Source: Curvularia clavata
Taxonomy: Eukaryota
Reading direction: 5' to 3'
DNA: 64,000 nucleotides
NCBI GenBank assembly: GCA_023920165.1
Contig: CP089274.1
Span: 3,348,001-3,412,000 of the forward strand
Positions 57,987-64,000 of this stretch are shown here, one piece after another (position 1 is the stretch's first letter; every line of letters begins with the position of its first letter). The notes beneath the pieces were generated by a model, which searched no databases, was not told the DNA's origin, and saw nothing but the letters and a program-made list of their open reading frames with translations. The position numbers and the translations under genes are program-made.

Positions 57987-60900
57987 GCAAATCATCTGCC
58001 CTGTGCTTCAGTGGCACAGTCTGCTTCTCTTCCCTTCTCCTCTCCTCTCTATGGATGCGCCAGTGCAGGCCAAGCCAGGAGGTCTAGAACGTGGCGAGGA
58101 GGCGGTTCTCCGCCGGATCCACACAGCCACTACCCTCGGCCCGGCAGAACATCACGATGCCACACAATCACATGCGCATTGGTTCCCGCCTACAGGAGGT
58201 GCTTAGCCACACCTGCTTCATCATCATCCTCACCACGGCTCTTACCGCGGCTTGTACCACGGTTGCTACCACCACTCCACTCTGCTTGACTTTGGCACTT
58301 TTTTTTTTAGCGTGTTCTCGTCTCATCTCTTCTATTCTGGATACCCACACTTGTTTGCGCGCTTGCGCACCAACATGGCCTGGCAACGGGCACATGGGCG
58401 TTTTCATTTCGGCCCCCGGCGTTTTACGGAAAAAGACAGGGAATGAATGGTTTTGGGAATGGGGCGCGTCTTACAGATGGCACGGGCAACCGGCAGTATG
58501 CTCCGCTCCTAGTTCTGGCATCGTTTATGAAATTTGACTTGGCGTTGGGCTGCGACGCAGCCAAAACCACGTTGGCGATGAGAACGGTGCTGTTCTCCTC
58601 AGCAACACGGCGCCGTCGCCGCACGTTGTTCGCTTACTTTATTTTTCCTTCGCTTGCCGCTCCCGGCTACGCCATTTCACGAATCGCATGAAGTGACTGT
58701 GTGGAGATTTTGTTCTAGAAGCTAGCTTTTTCTTAGGTTGAAATTACATGCTGTTCTGCCACTACACCACCTTGTTACGTGTTGAGAAATTCGGTCCTGA
58801 CTTAGCCACACCGTACATTGCGCGGAGCAACAGTGTTTGCCTGACCGCTACATGCGAAGCGAAGGCAAAAAGGTTGTCGCCTAGGAACTTGTACACCGCA
58901 AGCCAGCAGCAAAAGGCTTGGCTTCCGCCCGCTGGACCCATCACGACTCAGCAACACTTGCTTGTGTCGTCGCAGCACCGGACGCATCCCAGCAAGCAAA
59001 AGAACTCTCGAACGCCATGCAGACGCCGAGCACCCGTAATCATGCCACTGTTCCGCTCCCTGCACTGGCTGATGCAGCTGTGCCACACCTCTTGAGCCAC
59101 ACAGGTGCTGTGCCACAGCTCCACCCCTCTCTAACGTCTGTTTCGGCGCCATTCTACGCTGCACGGACGCGTCATCGGCACATTTTTTCTCTTCTGGCGC
59201 TATCGATATCCACCCGCAGTCATACCTGCATCTAACGGACCTGCAAGACGCATAGCTGCAGCTAGCCTCGCCGTGCCAAGAACCGGTACTTTGTTCGCTA
59301 CTGGTGGGGGCCGTCGAGGGGGTGTGTTACACACACACATACACCCTTCCATTCCTTCACACTTGCATACACACTGCTGGCCATGCATGGAAACCTTTAC
59401 CGGTCTCCGCTGCTGTTTTTCCGTCGTTGCGCCCGCGGTCACCGCGGTCACCGCGCACAGCGAGAGAGACATGGAATATACATCCACGCGCGCCTCGGAG
59501 CAACCGCCGACAAGGAGTCACAGAAATGCTCCACGCCTACAGCGGATGCCCTTTTTTCTCAGTCCATGTTTCCATTACGTCGCTGGATCCTACATACGTG
59601 TTACCTTCCCTGTGTTGGTGCCCTGCTACTTGCCATTTGCCGACTAAACTTTATTTTCTGCCACTCTCTTCCTCTGCAATCCGTCGGTGCTACTTGCCTC
59701 TTTTCAGACTTCCAGCACTTGCCCACCCCAGACTGCTGCTGGGAGCCCTGTTAAGGTTCTGCGCTAGAAGAGGAAAAGTCCGGATGCAGCAAGTGCGTCA
59801 TCGAGATCGTCGAGCTGTTTCTGGTACGCAGTTACTGTTGCATTTCCCTTGATGTTCCATTGGCGTTCTTGCCTTGCTGGGACGCTTTTTTCAACGGCGT
59901 GGACCGAGATGCTGCGTATGGGGTAAGCTATCTTGTGAGCTATTTTGCAAGCTAGATATGTCAAAAACAATCTCGACCAGCAGCACTCATAACCCAACCT
60001 GTCTTTTCCTGCTGCATCCGCCCGATCTTGGTGACCCTGCTGGACTTTGGATCGGCGTACAACGTCGATCACCACCCTATACAAGCCTTGAAAAGGAAAA
60101 CCCAACCCCTCCCAATAACAGGGCGGATGTGGTGTGTGCTTTTCTCCAGAAAGGAAACAGAAAGTCAAACTAAGCTTCCCAAGCCCTGTGATTGACATGC
60201 TTATCACAGGCTTGTCGCCTCGTACGTGCAATAAGAAGAACAAAGTTCGTCAGTCAGTGCACTACTAAAGTTTGATTGTCAGTATGTGCACAAAAGCAAA
60301 ACGTTTCACCCACGTAACCTGACGATCAGAGAAAGGCCCAAGGGGTAAGGAACATGCATGCTAAGAAATTGCCAGTGCAATGCTTATTTCCGGTCGTGTT
60401 GTGTTACAAAGAAGTCTTGCCTGTCCGTCCCAAGTTGTGACCACTGTACTTGAAGCAGTCGGGTACAAGACAATCTCGCACCATTGCCCCAGTACAGCTT
60501 GTTGCACCAGACTATGTGTAACGAAACAATCAAAATACGTCCCCTCGTACAGAGAGCTCATCTAAGTAGGTTACATTGCAGTAGCAAGGTGGCGAGACCA
60601 AAACTACACCCAATACACAGGCTACCTCTGCATGATCACCCTATTGCGTACCGCAGCCGTATACCAAGCAAATAAATTGGCAAAACTCAAGCTTTGACGC
60701 ACGTACCCTACCCATCCCATGCGCAGAATTTCAAGCTTTTCGGTAATACCCGGATTAAGCTTTCTTCACACCACTTTTCCAATCTAAAAACAAAATTACG
60801 TTGTGCTGGTGCACGTCCAATATGGGGAGTGTGTAACCGTGGTACATACCATGCGACTAAGAGAAAAAGAACAATGGATGGAGGAGTTGAGTGGTACTGG

Positions 60901-61540
60901 GACGCAACCCCGCAAGAGAGGAAAGCTTTTTGAAATCAAGCTTTTTTGTGCCATGTCAGGGTTTGTTGAAAAGAAATATCGTCTGCTCATCATACCATAC
61001 AATTAGAGCGTCAGGCGCTTAGCTAACCCCCCTTTCCGGGAATTTGATTTACAGGGTGGAAGTGTGGGAGGTCAGAGTTGACACCTTTTCGTCTTTCTGC
61101 TTCTTATCTTTTTCCCCCTTCACTCATTCTTGACTCTTTTCACATGCATATGTTCGGGTAGGTGTAGAGGAGAAGGTGAATCGAGTATATCTGAGTGAAG
61201 TTGTGGTACAGGTAGTTGGTAGACGCTTTATGTCTCCATATGTGCACAATACCTACTCAGAATACCACGCTCTGAGCTCATCATACGGTGCCCCGCTCTC
61301 CATCCCACAAGCTCAAAGTGAGGAGTGTGGGTGTAGCTACGCAAAAAGCAGTGTGTTGTAGGCGCTATTACTTGCTAAGCTACTTAGGTTTCTCGCCACT
61401 TACCTCACGTGTACCAGTGTAGATACTCATACTATTTCACTTACAAAGTACCAGCATAACGTCATCCACCCAACTACACCTACACACATGAGAGTACACA
61501 CAAATACCGACGAAACTTACCGGACTGTACAAATCACAAA

Positions 61541-62290
61541 CTACAAGTGAGACAAAAGCAAAGAATCAATATCGTTCCTACTCGTTCTTTATTCTTTGTT
61601 TACTTTTCTCTCGTCCAAAAAAATACTTGATAACGGTTCACAAAGGATTATCAAAAGAGGGGCACTACAAGCGAAACAGAAGTAAAAACAATACACCATG
61701 TCACGCACTTGGATTCAATAGGTTTCGTCTGGATGTTTTGCACTTGTTTCTTCCTTTTCTTTCCATTCGTCTGGAGTACCTGCCGGTGTACCATACATTA
61801 CACAAATCACTAACTGGAAGCGAGAGAGAAGAGAGCAGGACTGGTAGTGTAAGCGAGAGAAAAGTAAAGACAATACATCTTTACCCCTGGATTTGAAAGA
61901 GTTCGCGTACGTAGAAAGTTCGTCCTTACTCCTTCTATGTATGAATAAGCGAGAGAAAAGCAAAGAAGCAGTATCAATCCTCGGGCCAAAAACTTTATGT
62001 AGACCCGGAAGGTTTATGCGCATTCCTTTTTCCTATGAGTGTAGACTCAATCTACGCTTACTCGTCATCCTACTGCACGATACACAAATCATTCTCATCC
62101 TCATCATCCTCACTATAACCTACTCAAAGGGGTAGGGACCTTCATAAGCGTGACAAAGCAAAAATGATAAACCCCTCCCTTTGATCTAAGGACTTCATGT
62201 AAGAGTACAAAGTTTACAGGAATCCAAATTATCATCCACTTAATCTAGTGGAACCTTACAAGCGGAATAAAAGCAAAATCAATGCATTAC
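61541..62290. repeat. Degenerate dispersed/tandem repeat array, core AAGCGAGAGAAAAGCAAA
   Basis: Seven imperfect copies with cores at 61545, 61669, 61818, 61851, 61947, 62146 and 62260. Confidence 0.7.
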
Positions 62291-63359
62291 CCCTCTTTCC
62301 TCGCAAATACCCCATACCAAGGCTCTTTCCTTATCTTTTACACCGAGCCACCCACATCCACCACAACCCCTTGAACCTCATCTAGGAATTCACCCTCATT
62401 CTTTCCTTTCCCCAAGCCATCCGCGTCCACAGCAGCTCCCTACTGCAAAGACCCTATTCAAACTATCCCTTTCTCCTTTCTCCTTTCCCCACCCGCGTAG
62501 ACAACACCCCTAACCACTCCCACATCCACACCACCCCCTAGGACCCCGCGTTGAAACTTTGTCCAGCTTTCTTTCCACACTGGCGTGGACTAAACATACA
62601 CCTACCTCGCAACTACTCTACAACTACGACTAACTCTTCATCCTACTCCGATACGTATCTCGTGTAGGAAAAAATAACGCACACAACAGTCATTGTAAAT
62701 CACCTTGCCCGATCTATCCTGTCCATATTGCCAGATGTCCGTGTCTGTTTGCAGATCTACCAGCGATGCTGCAGTGACGACTATGGTGTGATGTCATGCG
62801 GGTCATATGACGCCAATAGCAGCCTAAATGATCACCAGTGTGGAAAAAAACATACTAGGAGCAGACTGATCTTCCTCGCCTTAGAAACCCACATGATATC
62901 CCACGTAAGCCCCCCAAAAAAAACTTCTCGTCTGCGCAGCACTGGGTCTCCTCAAAGAATGGAAAAAAAATGTAAATGACTCACGAGAGAGTAAGAGCGG
63001 CGGGAAACCCCCCTTGGAGACAGAAGGGAGTAAACTCCGTGATGCCATCACAAGGTTTAAAAAAAAAGGACAAGAATCAGGCTTGCAAAGAATAGGCTTG
63101 TCATGCAATCACTGCGGTGTTGATTTCTCTACACACTATCCACTATGTATGTAGCATTTCAGAAGAAACGAAAGACAAAAAAAAGAGGTTTCCGTATGAT
63201 ATCATACCTGACGAATGAATGCTAAACACTACCACCTTTTCCCCTCCCCTCTTCCCCGCTGGTGATAGCTGGGTGGAAGATTATACGAACGCCATTCGCC
63301 CATGAAAGAAAATAACAGCGACAAAACGATACACGGCACTCCCCCCTCTTCCACATGTC

Positions 63360-64000
63360 TTACTTCTTAGCTGCCTTCCCCTGATACTCAATGTCGTACT
63401 GAAAAAAGCTATCCCATATACTGCTCTTCCTCGCATGTGGCTCCCCCCTTCTCTGACTGCTGCCCGCACTTGGACTTGCTAGTCCTGCCTCCGATTGACT
63501 ACCACCACCTCTCTGTTGCTTAACAGGCGATGTATTCATAGACCGGAGATTAGACAGGAGAGCTGGCATGGATGATTTCCGCGGAGACTGGTATTGAGAA
63601 ACAGATACCTATGTCGTTTGGTTAGCCCACAGTGTGTCCTGATATAAAAGGGCAGAGGGGGAGCCTAGATTTACAGGAAGCGCAAAATCAAGGTCCCCAG
63701 AGTAGGTCGCGCACATTGCCTCCGTTTCCGTCGTCTGCGGTTTTGTCTACTTCTGTTCCGTTGGTGTGGGATTCGCGCAGGTGACTGGGTCCATGGGCCC
63801 CAGCTGGGCTTCCGCCTCGTGTCGCGGCGGCGGAGTTGGGATGGGAATCCGGGCGTTCGCCTGGGGAGAGTGCTTCAGCGGAGTTGTTCTTGCCGGCCAA
63901 AGGCGCACTCTTCTTACTAGTGCCACTGCTGCGACGACTGTCAAGTGATTTACCGAGTTGCGTGGCTGGATCCATTGATGCCTTCTTCTTTGACTTTTGC
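63360..64000 (-). CDS. 3' end of an unidentified gene (low-complexity tail); intron 63609-63714
   Basis: The frame is open from the window edge. A GTGCGC...GCTAAC...TAG intron joins ...DDGNGGN in phase to VSVSQYQSPRK...WDSFFQYDIEYQGKAAKK*. Confidence 0.6.

Noticed and set aside
61541..62290. CRISPR interpretation of the repeat array
   Set aside because: Eukaryotic context, highly degenerate repeats, irregular spacers and no cas genes.

Overview
Gene-dense genomic DNA from a filamentous ascomycete. Introns are short GT-AG with CTAAC/CTGAC branch sites. From memory, the GH55 and fructosyl-amine oxidase proteins closely resemble Cochliobolus carbonum EXG1 and the Curvularia clavata ketoamine oxidase, so a Pleosporaceae/Curvularia-like organism is inferred. 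About 23 protein-coding genes were assembled by hand: NTE1 3' end, GCV2, cytochrome c heme lyase, YIP1, two F-box-type proteins, a UFD1/zinc-finger protein, XPT1/HPT1, an Sfl1-type HSF, a GH55 exo-1,3-beta-glucanase, a HotDog thioesterase, a TBC Rab-GAP, an E2, a BTB protein, IMPase, a UNC-93-like MFS, fructosyl-amine oxidase, an SDR, a GCPII/Tre-like protein, a CCDC174-like protein, HOM6, a Cys-rich hypothetical and a partial gene at the right edge. No tRNA, rRNA, CRISPR array or intact transposon was seen. Most notable: (1) hidden Cys-rich alternative 3' exons for the 8.6-10 kb F-box-like gene; (2) an inverted pair of decaying paralogous membrane-protein genes at 43.2-44.5 kb; (3) a UFD1-ZnF-AZUL-UBA modular protein head-to-head with an F-box gene; (4) a catalytically degenerate GCPII homolog; (5) a structured XPT1 intron; (6) a divergent MFS/amadoriase module; (7) a degenerate repeat array at 61.5-62.3 kb. 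All calls are by eye; nothing was searched or computed.
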